Shown: in pieces, positions 19,950 through 29,183 of the stretch | How the letters are laid out: every line of letters starts with the position of its first letter | Numbering within the stretch: the stretch's first letter is position 1 | Source: Pyrodictiaceae archaeon | GTDB lineage: Archaea; Thermoproteota; Thermoprotei_A; Sulfolobales; Pyrodictiaceae | DNA: 64,000 nucleotides | Assembly: GCA_027036135.1 (NCBI GenBank) | Contig: JALVSY010000007.1 | Span: 68,880-132,879 of the forward strand | Direction of reading: 5' to 3' | Notes under the pieces: generated by a model | The model's input: the letters and a program-made list of their open reading frames with translations, nothing else | What the model was told of the DNA's origin: nothing | Database searches by the model: none | Made by a program: the position numbers and the translations under genes

Positions 19950-20145
19950 CTGGTTCGTCCTCCAAGAACTCTCGGAGACTCTCTTCCTGTATGCGCAGAA
20001 GCCCATACTCCTCCAGAAACTCCACAAACTTGTCAAACTCATCGCTCACAATAATATCTAGGATAGCCTCTATTCTACGCCTAACCTTCTCGGCGTCAAC
20101 CCCCCTAGGCACCCTCACTACCACAGTTTCCGACACTATCATCAC
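19918..20145 (-). CDS. Putative antitoxin for MazF
   Basis: Small acidic ORF ending FLEDEPDVYTEDDVK, overlapping the toxin start. Confidence 0.72.
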   Translation of the reverse strand: MMIVSETVVVRVPRGVDAEKVRRRIEAILDIIVSDEFDKFVEFLEEYGLLRIQEESLREFLEDEPDVYTEDDVKG

Positions 20146-20555
20146 CCCACAAGCCTACAAGAAATCATAAGAACACTTTATTAGCGTTACCAAGAACTAT
20201 ATAACACATATCTATTCCCAGCCATCAAGGCTTGCAGGGAACCCCTACAAGGCCAACTTAGAGAGACCAGCTTCCCGTAGGAGTACAGAAGAACCACTAT
20301 GCCTACCACTCTTCCTTGCTATTATAATCCATTAAGGTCCTGCACGCGTTCGCGTCAAGACTTAGTCCGCTATCGCGCGAGAAACCAGTTAAGAATTCTT
20401 CAAGCCTGAGAATATCAGAGCGCTACTTAGCACATGACGGTTATTAGCCCAGAACTGTTTTTAGATTCTTTCAGACCTAGGAAAGGGTCATGTAGTCTTG
20501 CTTGCTCCATTATAATTATATTACTTGGGACGTGTTGAGAATACTTGTGGGGTCA

Positions 20556-20876
20556 ATGGTGCCTGGCCAAGCTAAGCTAGAGTTATCGGGAAACAAGGCC
20601 AGGGTACTGCTAAGAGCTCTCAGCGCTGAGGCTAGGAGACTAGAGCTAGAAATCGAGGCTACTAAGGAGAGGATAAGGATGTTTGAGGAAAAGTACGGGA
20701 TGAGTTCAGAGGAGTTTATGGCTAAGTATACCAGGGGTGAGATGGGTGACGAGGAGGAATACATGGAGTGGTACGGGGAACTCGTCTTCCTAGAAAGAGC
20801 TACCAGGGAGCTAGAGGAGCTGAGAGAGCTTGCAAGCACAGCCTCTCAGAGCCTATCTAGAAAGAGTCAGAGCTAA
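20556..20876 (+). CDS. Putative antitoxin partner of the DUF6516 protein
   Basis: FEEKYGMSSEEFMAKYTRGEMGDEEEYMEW. Confidence 0.75.
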   Translation: MVPGQAKLELSGNKARVLLRALSAEARRLELEIEATKERIRMFEEKYGMSSEEFMAKYTRGEMGDEEEYMEWYGELVFLERATRELEELRELASTASQSLSRKSQS

Positions 20877-21246
20877 GATAGAAGAACTAGAACCATTAAT
20901 CTCTAGTGTTAGTCTGCACATGGATCAAAGAGGACCGACAAGGCTTGTCTTGAAGGGCACAATAATCTTCATAAATGGGACCAAACTACACTTCCTAGAA
21001 TATATTTCTGTGGAAGACAACATTCTTGAAAGAATCGTGTACTGGTTCCACTACGTTAAGCCCGATAATAAGCTAATATTTCGCTACGATAATGCGCCGC
21101 ATCACCCAGAGCTAGAGACTTTTCCACACCACAAGCACCTAGCTAATGGTACAGTAGTAGCGTCAGAGGAACAAACTCTACCACGAGTACTTGACGAGAT
21201 CAAAGCACTAGTGCTACGCTCCTTCAGGGGCAGCGACAATACATAG
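20830..21246 (+). CDS. DUF6516 (TumE-type) toxin
   Basis: YWFHY..LIFRYDNAPHHPELETFPHHKH. Confidence 0.82.
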   Translation: MQAQPLRAYLERVRAKIEELEPLISSVSLHMDQRGPTRLVLKGTIIFINGTKLHFLEYISVEDNILERIVYWFHYVKPDNKLIFRYDNAPHHPELETFPHHKHLANGTVVASEEQTLPRVLDEIKALVLRSFRGSDNT

Positions 21247-21467
21247 CAAATACATCTACATAGCCGCACTAGTTTCCGACGAGGAGTCTAAGCAGACCAT
21301 AACTAAGAGTGAACGCCTCGGCTCTCTTTGCAAAGGAGGCGTAAAAAGACTCGATCTTCAAGATAGGAATAAGCGCTGTTAGAAAGGAGCCTATATGCTT
21401 AGGGTACTGGCCTCGTTCTCCCCTTACCCTTACTCGTAAATGCTGAGCCTCTTTCAGGCTTTGCGGC

Positions 21468-22553
21468 TTATTTCTTGGCTTGTAGGCGTTCTTGTAGCAG
21501 TGTCCTGTATGCTGGTAGTTGCCATGCATAGTACTCTCCTATGCCTTGCTCGGGGCTCGGGGGCAGCGGTTTGCCTGCTAGTGTTGTTGCTGCCTTGTAT
21601 ATGAAGAGGTTGTGCTCTGTGAGTAGCCTTACTAGTCTCTGGAGCCTCGGCGAGGCCCTCGTCACGGCGGCGTCGGGGTCCTCTAGCAGCGTGTGTAGCT
21701 CTTCTAGGAGTCCCTCTGCCCTGATCCTCGCCAATACTGGCACGACTACGCTGATGTCTAGGTCATGGAGCCAGGCCTCGGTGCTCCACTGGTAAATGGT
21801 TGCTATCTGTATGAGTGCCCTAGGGTTTCCACCAGTCAGCTCCCAGGCCTCCTCCACCGCGTCTCTACTAGGTGCTCCTAGGATGCTTGCTAGTTCCTCG
21901 AATCCATCCCTGGGCATGCCCCATAGGAGCCTAAGACCGAGCCAAGTTGGGTGCCTCCTCAGCCTCTCCAGGCTAAGACCCTCACTCGTAGAAGCGACTA
22001 GTAGCGCTGAGGCTGGCTCCTTCTCAGCTAAGTCGTACTCTAGGAGACGTAATAGGCTCTTAACATAGGCCTCCACGGAGTCCAGGCCAATGGGGCGCGC
22101 AACATCATCAACCACTACCACTACGTGCTTGCCGCGAACAAGCCTCTTCTCAACACCTGCCAGTACACGGGTAACAGCATAGGCAAGCACAGCGCCAAGA
22201 GAACCCGAAGCACCCCGAGCAGCCTCTACTAATAGGCGGCGAAGCTCCTCAGAACCATAAATAGCCCGCCCAGGATCCCGCTCCTCCAACGCATCAATAT
22301 AGACAACAAGGTACCCCTCACGGCCACTAAGCCTCCTAGCAAACTCCCTCAACAACCTAGTCTTACCACAGCCCTCCGGCCCATAGAGATAAACTGGGAC
22401 ACCCGAGCCACGCTCAGCAAGCCCAAACAAGGCACCAAGCTCATCAACACGGTCAACAAACCTCAAACCCAGCAAGCCCTCGGCCCCAGGACGAGAAAGT
22501 ATAGCAAGAGGAGGAGCCAATAAACACCAGGCAAGAAAGACACCGAGTCCCAT
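21468..22553 (-). CDS. Archaeal ATPase (ATPase_2 / STAND-like)
   Basis: FVDRVDEL, GPEGCGKT, VVVDDV, TSEG, TGGNPRAL; true start probably near 22475. Confidence 0.85.
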   Translation of the reverse strand: MGLGVFLAWCLLAPPLAILSRPGAEGLLGLRFVDRVDELGALFGLAERGSGVPVYLYGPEGCGKTRLLREFARRLSGREGYLVVYIDALEERDPGRAIYGSEELRRLLVEAARGASGSLGAVLAYAVTRVLAGVEKRLVRGKHVVVVVDDVARPIGLDSVEAYVKSLLRLLEYDLAEKEPASALLVASTSEGLSLERLRRHPTWLGLRLLWGMPRDGFEELASILGAPSRDAVEEAWELTGGNPRALIQIATIYQWSTEAWLHDLDISVVVPVLARIRAEGLLEELHTLLEDPDAAVTRASPRLQRLVRLLTEHNLFIYKAATTLAGKPLPPSPEQGIGEYYAWQLPAYRTLLQERLQAKK

Positions 22554-22644
22554 GTCCTCTAGGCAACTCTTTATGAACCTAGGAAAGCTATACTGGAGGG
22601 GCAGGGAATAATGCGATTAGGTGCTCTAGAGAATATGGGGCACG

Positions 22645-22678
22645 TTGCTTTACTGCTTCTGTAAGCAGTAGTAAGCAA
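22645..22678. promoter_or_regulatory. Palindrome, putative operator or hairpin between divergent genes
   Basis: ttgctt TACTGCTT ctgt AAGCAGTA gt aagcaa. Confidence 0.45.
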
Positions 22679-22777
22679 GACTACAAAAGGACTCTCTTGT
22701 ACATTTCCTTGACTCGTGTTTACTGAAGTAAGGTTATTGTAGAGCTATGTGATGCTTAAATCCCTGGGGCTAAGTTT

Positions 22778-23224
22778 ATGCCCGAGAAGGTTTATCGCGT
22801 CGTGGTGAGTAAGCCTGGTATAGTTACCTTGGTTGATGGTAGTAAGCTTATCCTGCGCGTCGTCATAGTTGGTGTGAAGTATACGGGGTTCTCCCCGCTA
22901 GGTGGCGTGAACTTCGCTATTAAGCCCGCTGGTGGTGTCTCGTCGCTCTATGTGCCGGAGGAACTGAGAAACATGGTGAGGGATAAGCCTGTTAGCCCGC
23001 CTGATAGGCTTCCTGAGAATGGCTGGGAGCTAGTAGACATAGCTGGGCAGGAGCCAGCGGAGGAGGAGGTAGAGCTCGATGTAAATAACAGGAAGTACCG
23101 GGTCAAGGTTATAGGCGAGGCCTCAATGGTCTCGCGGAACACTAGTTACAAGACACAGCTAGGCGAACCACTATACTGGGTACAGTGGAGCGTCAAGGTG
23201 CAGTGGAGACCCCTAGAGAGGTGA
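22778..23224 (+). CDS. Hypothetical beta-rich protein with internal duplication
   Basis: 148 aa, ATG, TTAAAT box upstream; two similar halves. Confidence 0.75.
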   Translation: MPEKVYRVVVSKPGIVTLVDGSKLILRVVIVGVKYTGFSPLGGVNFAIKPAGGVSSLYVPEELRNMVRDKPVSPPDRLPENGWELVDIAGQEPAEEEVELDVNNRKYRVKVIGEASMVSRNTSYKTQLGEPLYWVQWSVKVQWRPLER

Positions 23225-23228
23225 GAGA

Positions 23229-23549
23229 ATGGCGACGCAGCCCATTCCTCTTCGATACCCCGTGCCTAGCAGCGTCGAGAGACTACAGGATATCAGTGGC
23301 CAGTTATTCGGCGACAGCACTGAGCTAACCGGGCAGGGCAGCGACGTGACGCAAGTACTTCAGTTCCCTGAGATAACGATGACCACTATGAGAACCCTTG
23401 TAGAGTCCCTCATAAAGGCTTTGTGGAGAAACATTGAGCCCAGAAAAGCCCTGCCGCTCCGACCAGGAGAAATAAGGAGAATAAGCAGCAACTTGTTAGT
23501 CGAGAAAACACTTGATGGCAAAATCATACTATACGAGGTAATAGAGTAA
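23229..23549 (+). CDS. Hypothetical protein
   Basis: GAGGTGA RBS, operonic with neighbours. Confidence 0.7.
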   Translation: MATQPIPLRYPVPSSVERLQDISGQLFGDSTELTGQGSDVTQVLQFPEITMTTMRTLVESLIKALWRNIEPRKALPLRPGEIRRISSNLLVEKTLDGKIILYEVIE

Positions 23550-23770
23550 TGGACAACGAATTCAGTGACATCGACATAGGTGCCCAGATAGAGTACAAAA
23601 AGGTGAAAAAGATACTAGAGCTAGACCCCCGCGTCTTCAAGCCATGCGAGATAAAACAGTTCGAGAAAGGCATGCTACGCAAACAAACCTACCTAGTCCA
23701 CTTCGACGGCAAGAAATGGGACATACTAATCATAGGCAGCAACGGCATAGAACGCTACATACTCGAGTAA
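23549..23770 (+). CDS. Hypothetical protein
   Basis: TAATG translational coupling to the upstream gene. Confidence 0.7.
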   Translation: MDNEFSDIDIGAQIEYKKVKKILELDPRVFKPCEIKQFEKGMLRKQTYLVHFDGKKWDILIIGSNGIERYILE

Positions 23771-23979
23771 ACAATCCCCGGCCACACCGGCCAAGAACAA
23801 TATTAGTTCTCTCCATATAGCTGGGCCACTCGTCAGAATCTTTGCCTTCCCGCCACATCCTACACCTAGCTTCTCCTGCTAGTCCCTCTCCGCTCCATAC
23901 CCAGTACCTATCCTATGATCCCGCACGAGAGAACATAAATGCGAAAACCTATACGGAGTGGAATATAGGCGATAGTTCC

Positions 23980-24492
23980 TTGAAAATCCTCACTATCAAG
24001 GACTTTAACCAAGCCTTAGAACATATTAGAAAAGGCCTCAAAGCAAGCAGGAATACTCTAGACCAGGGTAGCGGGACACACGACAAGAGGCTAAGGAAGC
24101 TATTCTTCGAGACCTGCCGAGAAGCACTCATCAAGAAGCTAGGAATGAGCACGGAGGCTTTCCTGGAAACATGCTTCGTAGAAGGCTTCAACAAGATCCC
24201 CGGCAAGAAACCAACACTCTTCGGCTCCAAAACCTACCCAGATGCCGTCATAAAGCTCGGCAACGGAGAACTCGTCGCCATCGAGCTAGACTGGGGCAAC
24301 AAGGGAAGCAAACTAAGAAACGCCCTAGCCAAAGCGGGCATGCACAAACTCATCGGGAACTACGCCCAGACAATACTATTCTTCCTAGTCTATCCAGTCC
24401 AAGCAAAGCAAAAGATACAGATAACCGAGCTCGAACAAAAAGTACTAAAGTTCTACGAAGAAGAACTATCAACTAAGCTAATTATACTTTAA
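23980..24492 (+). CDS. Putative PD-(D/E)xK-fold nuclease
   Basis: VEG..KTYPDAVIKLGNGELVAIELDWG followed by helix LRNALAKA; start uncertain (TTG 23980). Confidence 0.6.
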   Translation: MKILTIKDFNQALEHIRKGLKASRNTLDQGSGTHDKRLRKLFFETCREALIKKLGMSTEAFLETCFVEGFNKIPGKKPTLFGSKTYPDAVIKLGNGELVAIELDWGNKGSKLRNALAKAGMHKLIGNYAQTILFFLVYPVQAKQKIQITELEQKVLKFYEEELSTKLIIL

Positions 24493-24755
24493 AACCTTTG
24501 CGTAACCTCCACCTTATCACTTTATTATTTATAACCTTATCTTTAGTTATACCTGTACACTTTCTGACTTATCCTTATCCCGGTAACCATAACAACCACA
24601 CTCCCGCTCGGCTACGCACAATTGGCACGCTCCTGGAAGCACTCAGTATTGCTACGTCTTAGCCTAGTTCTTGTTTCCAAGACATAGACAGTGATCCACA
24701 ATATGTAGTCTCTAGTAGTATTACGTATCAGCGAATACATGGAGAGGAGTAGAAA

Positions 24756-24992
24756 TTGCCTAGGAGAAAGCGCCGCGTGAGCCTGCGAAGGAGAATTGCA
24801 GCAAGAAAAGCCTGGGACACGAGGACGAGGAACGAGGGAGTAAGACAAGCTCTTGGCTCATTGCTATCGTATGTGGATATTGTAGGTAAGGCTAAGAGCC
24901 TAAAGGATATTATTATGGGCGTGTTGAAGATCGCCGCGCCAAGACTGTATCGCAAGCATAGGCTCTTAAAGCGAATAGATAAAGCACTTTAG
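24756..24992 (+). CDS. Small highly basic protein
   Basis: GGAGGAG-like RBS; MPRRKRRVSLRRRIAARKAWDTR; T-rich terminator-like run at about 25005-25012. Confidence 0.62.
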   Translation: MPRRKRRVSLRRRIAARKAWDTRTRNEGVRQALGSLLSYVDIVGKAKSLKDIIMGVLKIAAPRLYRKHRLLKRIDKAL

Positions 24993-25065
24993 CCAAAAAG
25001 ACCGGGTTTTTTATAAAATCATTATTCTCTTGTGCGCCTAGTGTTTCTCGGAGGGGCTGTGTTTC

Positions 25066-25842
25066 TTGGCTAAGCTGAGGAGGCTTGTTGAGAGAATTCG
25101 GGGCTATTATGAGGAGTTTATTGAGGTTCTTCGGGGCTATGAGCGTGGTGAGGAGCGTGTTTATTCTGTCGAGAGGCTTGCTGAGCTCTTAGCTCAATCT
25201 ATACTTGATTTCGCGGCTGTGCTTGTTGCCCGGGAGCGTGGTGCGAAGCCGAGTACTTATCGCGAGCTCGCTAGGTGGCTTGCTCGGCGCCTTGGCCTAA
25301 GAGGAGACCTGGCCGGGTTTCTTGAGGGCCTTGCGGGTTTCCGCAATGTGCTTGTCCACATGTATGCCGAGATAGACGAGGAACTCGAGATGGAGGCTTT
25401 CCGCGAGATAGCCGAGAAGACCCCGGGGGTCATCGCGGCGCTCAAGGAGCTGGCTGGTAGTGATCCGTGTCTGGACGAGGTTGTGCCCCGGATCCGGCTT
25501 GTTGCTCGGCGTCTTGGGCTGCGCTATGTGCTTCTGTTCGGGTCCTTGGCTAGGAATGGGTGTGGTAGGGATGTGGACTTGGTTGTTAAGCTTGGGCGTA
25601 GGCCGCGTAGCTTGCTCGAGGTTGGGAGACTCCAGGTTATCTTCGAGGACGAGCTAGGGGCTCCTGTAGACCTCGTGGTTGTTGACGCTGGTGTTGACCC
25701 TGGCTTGGCGAAGACTATTGTTGATGAGGCCTTGCTGGTGTACGGGGACTCCGAGGAGGCTGAGCGCGACCTACTCCGCCTCTACAAGCTCTACCTAGAC
25801 TACGCCCAGTACCTAGAGAAGCTAGCAAGGATGAGACAATAG
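25066..25842 (+). CDS. HepT-like (DUF86) HEPN RNase fused to MNT
   Basis: GFRNVLVHMY (RxxxxH) in the N-half; LFGSLARNGCGRDVDLVV in the C-half; single ORF. Confidence 0.85.
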   Translation: MAKLRRLVERIRGYYEEFIEVLRGYERGEERVYSVERLAELLAQSILDFAAVLVARERGAKPSTYRELARWLARRLGLRGDLAGFLEGLAGFRNVLVHMYAEIDEELEMEAFREIAEKTPGVIAALKELAGSDPCLDEVVPRIRLVARRLGLRYVLLFGSLARNGCGRDVDLVVKLGRRPRSLLEVGRLQVIFEDELGAPVDLVVVDAGVDPGLAKTIVDEALLVYGDSEEAERDLLRLYKLYLDYAQYLEKLARMRQ

Positions 25843-26012
25843 GTAAGCCAGGAGGTTCTGGACTATTATATATCACAGTAGGTAGTTGCTAGATTATACG
25901 CGTTGATTTATCTGTGCTTGTACGAAGCTGTTATCCTCCTGGGGCATTTTCTTCTTGCCTCGGTGCGCTTAATTAGTTTGTCACAGTCTATACCGGGTAT
26001 CGGGGGCTCGGC

Positions 26013-26285
26013 GTGGCCAAGGTAAGAGCCAGTATCTATGTTGATAGGAAGGTTTGGGAGCGGTTTCGGGCGTATGCTGCGAGGAGGGGTGTTGATGCTA
26101 ATAGGTTGCTCGAGGAGCTCATGATGGATGAGGTTGTTGACCTTGTTCTTGACGAGGTGTTGCTCCGGGCTGCTGGGGGTGAAGAGGAGGAGGTGCTGGA
26201 TTTTGAGCCTGTTGAGCCGCGGGGCTCTGTGAGCGAGCTTGTGAGGATTGCCAGGGATGAGAGGGCGCGTAGTATATCTGGATAG
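26013..26285 (+). CDS. RHH-type VapB antitoxin
   Basis: RASIYVDRKVWERF; SVSELVRIARDER ending. Confidence 0.8.
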   Translation: MAKVRASIYVDRKVWERFRAYAARRGVDANRLLEELMMDEVVDLVLDEVLLRAAGGEEEEVLDFEPVEPRGSVSELVRIARDERARSISG

Positions 26286-26712
26286 TAGCGCTATTGTGAA
26301 GAGGTATGTGCGGGAGCCTGGGAGCGAGACGCTGAGGAGGTTGTACCTTGAGGCCTCTGCGGGTGGGCTTGTTCTCTCCTTTAGTGTATGGAATATTGGG
26401 GAGGTTCTCGGTGTCCTGGACCGGGCTAGGAATACTGGGAGGCTCGGGGACGAGGAGTACCTGTTGGCTAGGAGGAGGTTCTTGCTTGAGACCCGTAGGC
26501 TCCTTAGGCAAGGCCGGTTAGTGATCGTGCCTATCCGTGTAAGGATTCTTGAGGAGTCCTGGAGGCTTGTTGAGAAGCACCATATATACCAGGCTGATGC
26601 GTTGCAGGTAGCGTCTGCTAAGCATGTTAGCGCCACAGAGTTCCTCGTAGCGGATAAGCGGCTACACAAGGTAGCTCTCAGCGAGGGACTGAGTAGCGTG
26701 CTACTCGGATAA
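26257..26712 (+). CDS. vapC: VapC PIN-domain toxin
   Basis: YLDSSAIVKRYVREPGS, YQADALQVASA, ADKRL. Confidence 0.9.
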   Translation: MRGRVVYLDSSAIVKRYVREPGSETLRRLYLEASAGGLVLSFSVWNIGEVLGVLDRARNTGRLGDEEYLLARRRFLLETRRLLRQGRLVIVPIRVRILEESWRLVEKHHIYQADALQVASAKHVSATEFLVADKRLHKVALSEGLSSVLLG

Positions 26713-26907
26713 CATCTCTCACAATCACAATACGTTTCTTCCTTTAGTACTATATTACTAGCTGCTTACTTGTTCCTTGGTTGCTGATGGTGTTGTGCCC
26801 TTGTTTTGGGACTGGTTAACTATTTCCAAGATTTCGGTAGATTTGAGTGAAACCAGTTATAAAAAAAGGGTACACGGGGTATTGTATAGGTGGAGGCTCC
26901 TCGATCT

Positions 26908-27540
26908 ATGCCCATGTCGCCTAGCCACCCCGTTATTGATTCTCTCAGCGCCTTGAGGGAGACTACTGAGCTAAGGTTCCATGGCCGTGGAGGACAGGGC
27001 GCTGTTACTGCCGCATCTATACTGGTTCAGGCAGCACTGCTGGAGGGTAAGTGGGGCCAGGCTATCCCTAGCTTCGGTGCCGAGCGTAGAGGCGCACATG
27101 TACTAGCGTTCGCGAGGATTGCTCCCCGGCCGGTACCGGTTCATAGCATGGTTAGGAGACCCGATGTACTAGTCGTCCTCGACCCCGGCCTGCTCATGGT
27201 TGAGCGCGACAGAGTCCTCGCGGGCATTAAGCCAGGGGTAAAAATAGTAGCTAACCTCCCCGAGCCAATCGACCTAGGGGGCATAGGGGCCAGGCTATAC
27301 GTGGTCAATGCCACCAGGATTGCTAAGGAGCTCGGCCTCGTCGTGGCGGGGTGGCCCGTGGTTAACACCGCTATGCTCGGCGCACTAGCGAGGGCTACCG
27401 GGCTCGTCTCAATAGACGCTGTTATGGAGGCTATCCGGTTGTTCTGGGAAGCGAGGCCAAAGATAGCTGAGGCCAACGCTATGGCGGCGAAGAGGGCTTA
27501 CGAGGAGCTACAAGAGGTAACGAGTACAAGGCACGACTAA
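26908..27540 (+). CDS. porC: Pyruvate/2-ketoisovalerate:ferredoxin oxidoreductase gamma subunit
   Basis: RFHGRGGQGAVTA, FGAERRGA, NTAMLGA. Confidence 0.88.
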   Translation: MPMSPSHPVIDSLSALRETTELRFHGRGGQGAVTAASILVQAALLEGKWGQAIPSFGAERRGAHVLAFARIAPRPVPVHSMVRRPDVLVVLDPGLLMVERDRVLAGIKPGVKIVANLPEPIDLGGIGARLYVVNATRIAKELGLVVAGWPVVNTAMLGALARATGLVSIDAVMEAIRLFWEARPKIAEANAMAAKRAYEELQEVTSTRHD

Positions 27541-27591
27541 GCCCTCCGCATTGTTTTCTTCACGCGTCTCTTGCCCCGGGTGGGGTGGTTC

Positions 27592-27960
27592 ATGGCCGTG
27601 TCCGAGTCGGAGCAGAGGAGAGGAGTAGTAGCCGTAATCGAGCCTGGTGGCCACAAGCTCCCCTTATCGATGGCCGGGCCAGGTGCTATGGGTAAGACGG
27701 GTTATTGGAGAACCCAGCGCCCCGTGGTTAACTATGAGCGGTGTACTGGTTGCTACCTATGCTGGCTCTATTGCCCCGATAACGTGATAGAGATGGTGCC
27801 TGGTAAGGGGCCTCGTGGCCAAGACATACCGGTCATAGACTATGATTATTGTAAGGGCTGTGGCGTCTGCGCCGCTGTTTGTCCCGTTAAGGCGATAGAC
27901 ATGGTTGACGAGTCCAAGTTCCTGGCAAAGGAGAAGGAGGAGGGTGACGGGAATGCCTAA
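27592..27960 (+). CDS. porD: Pyruvate/2-ketoisovalerate:ferredoxin oxidoreductase delta subunit (2x4Fe-4S)
   Basis: KTGYWRTQRP, CTGCYLCWLYCP, DYDYCKGCGVCAAVCP. Confidence 0.9.
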   Translation: MAVSESEQRRGVVAVIEPGGHKLPLSMAGPGAMGKTGYWRTQRPVVNYERCTGCYLCWLYCPDNVIEMVPGKGPRGQDIPVIDYDYCKGCGVCAAVCPVKAIDMVDESKFLAKEKEEGDGNA

Positions 27961-29164
27961 GCTACTAGCTATGAGGGGTAACGAGGCTGTAGCATACGCC
28001 GCCAAGTACGCTAGGGTAGAGGTGGTCGCTGCTTACCCGATAACCCCGCAGACAATCATAGTGGAGAAGATAGACGAGCTAATATCCAAGGGCGAGATGG
28101 ATGCCGAGATGATACATGTTGAGAGCGAGCACAGCGCCCTAGCAGCGACCTACGGGGCAGCAGCTGGAGGCGTCCGAGCCTTCACTGCGACGAGTAGCCA
28201 CGGGCTCATGTACATGTACGAGGTACTGTGGTGGACAGCGGGTAGCAGGATACCAGTAGTAATGGCCGTCGTTACCAGGGCGATGGGGCCGCCGTGGAAT
28301 ATTCACGTGAGCCACGAGGACATACTAGCTACCCGCGACACCGGCTGGCTAGTCTCAATGGCCGAGAACAACCAGGAGGCATTCGACCTAACGCTCCAGA
28401 TGTTCAGGATAACGGAGGACCCGAGAGTCTACCTACCAGGCATAGTTGGCCTCGACGGCTTCATACTGAGCCATACTGTTGAGCCCGTGGAGCTACCCGA
28501 CCAAGAGACAGTGGACGAGTTCCTGCCACCGAGGAGACAGCCCTACGTAATGGAGCCAGGAGAGCCAAAAGCGATGGGCAACCTGGTGCCGGACGAGTAC
28601 TTCGAGGAGCTGAGAATGGATATGCAGCAGAGCATGGAGAACGCGGTAAAGGTTATCCGGGAGGTTGGCAGGGAGTACGCGAAGTACTTTGGCAGAGACT
28701 ATAGCGAGCTAGTAGAGTGCTACAAGTGCAGCGACGCGGACTACATAGTAGCCGGTACCGGGTCGTGGATGGGTGACGCCAAGATAGCTGCTGACAAGCT
28801 GAGAGAGAAGGGCTACAGGGTAGGAGTAATGAGGCTTCGCTGGATAAGGCCATTCCCCTGGAGCGATGTGAGAGAGGCGGCAATGAGCAAGAAAGCAGTA
28901 ATCGTGATGGATCGCAGCCTCTCAACTGGTCACGCCGGGCCACTCTTCCTAGAGCTTAGCAGCGCCCTAGAGGCAAAGCCAAGCATGATAGGAGTACCAG
29001 CGGGCATCGGTGGAGTCGATATATCCTACGAGGACATCGAGCGCTTCACCGAGAAGGCTATACAATTGGTAGAGGAGCACGGAAGAGTCTACATACCAGC
29101 GATGTGGTACCACCTAGGCAAGATTTTCCCCACCTACCCCTCGAGCAACGTCAAGCTAGACTAA
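27953..29164 (+). CDS. porA: Pyruvate/2-ketoisovalerate:ferredoxin oxidoreductase alpha subunit
   Basis: AYPITPQT, ESEHSA, TATSSHGL, DGFILSHT. Confidence 0.9.
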   Translation: MPKLLAMRGNEAVAYAAKYARVEVVAAYPITPQTIIVEKIDELISKGEMDAEMIHVESEHSALAATYGAAAGGVRAFTATSSHGLMYMYEVLWWTAGSRIPVVMAVVTRAMGPPWNIHVSHEDILATRDTGWLVSMAENNQEAFDLTLQMFRITEDPRVYLPGIVGLDGFILSHTVEPVELPDQETVDEFLPPRRQPYVMEPGEPKAMGNLVPDEYFEELRMDMQQSMENAVKVIREVGREYAKYFGRDYSELVECYKCSDADYIVAGTGSWMGDAKIAADKLREKGYRVGVMRLRWIRPFPWSDVREAAMSKKAVIVMDRSLSTGHAGPLFLELSSALEAKPSMIGVPAGIGGVDISYEDIERFTEKAIQLVEEHGRVYIPAMWYHLGKIFPTYPSSNVKLD

Positions 29165-29183
29165 CCCGTTGAGGTGACTCCCC

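Noticed and set aside
21269-21460. Possible degraded vapC fragment after the DUF6516 gene
   Set aside because: Only a faint YGLL-like similarity; insufficient support
25908-26669. Long antisense ORF (253 aa) and similar shadow ORFs such as 30564-31313 and 55064-55372
   Set aside because: They overlap well-supported genes on the opposite strand or frame and have no motifs
26811-26857. ACTGGTT..AACCAGT inverted repeat upstream of the por operon
   Set aside because: 7-bp arms with a long spacer are within chance expectation
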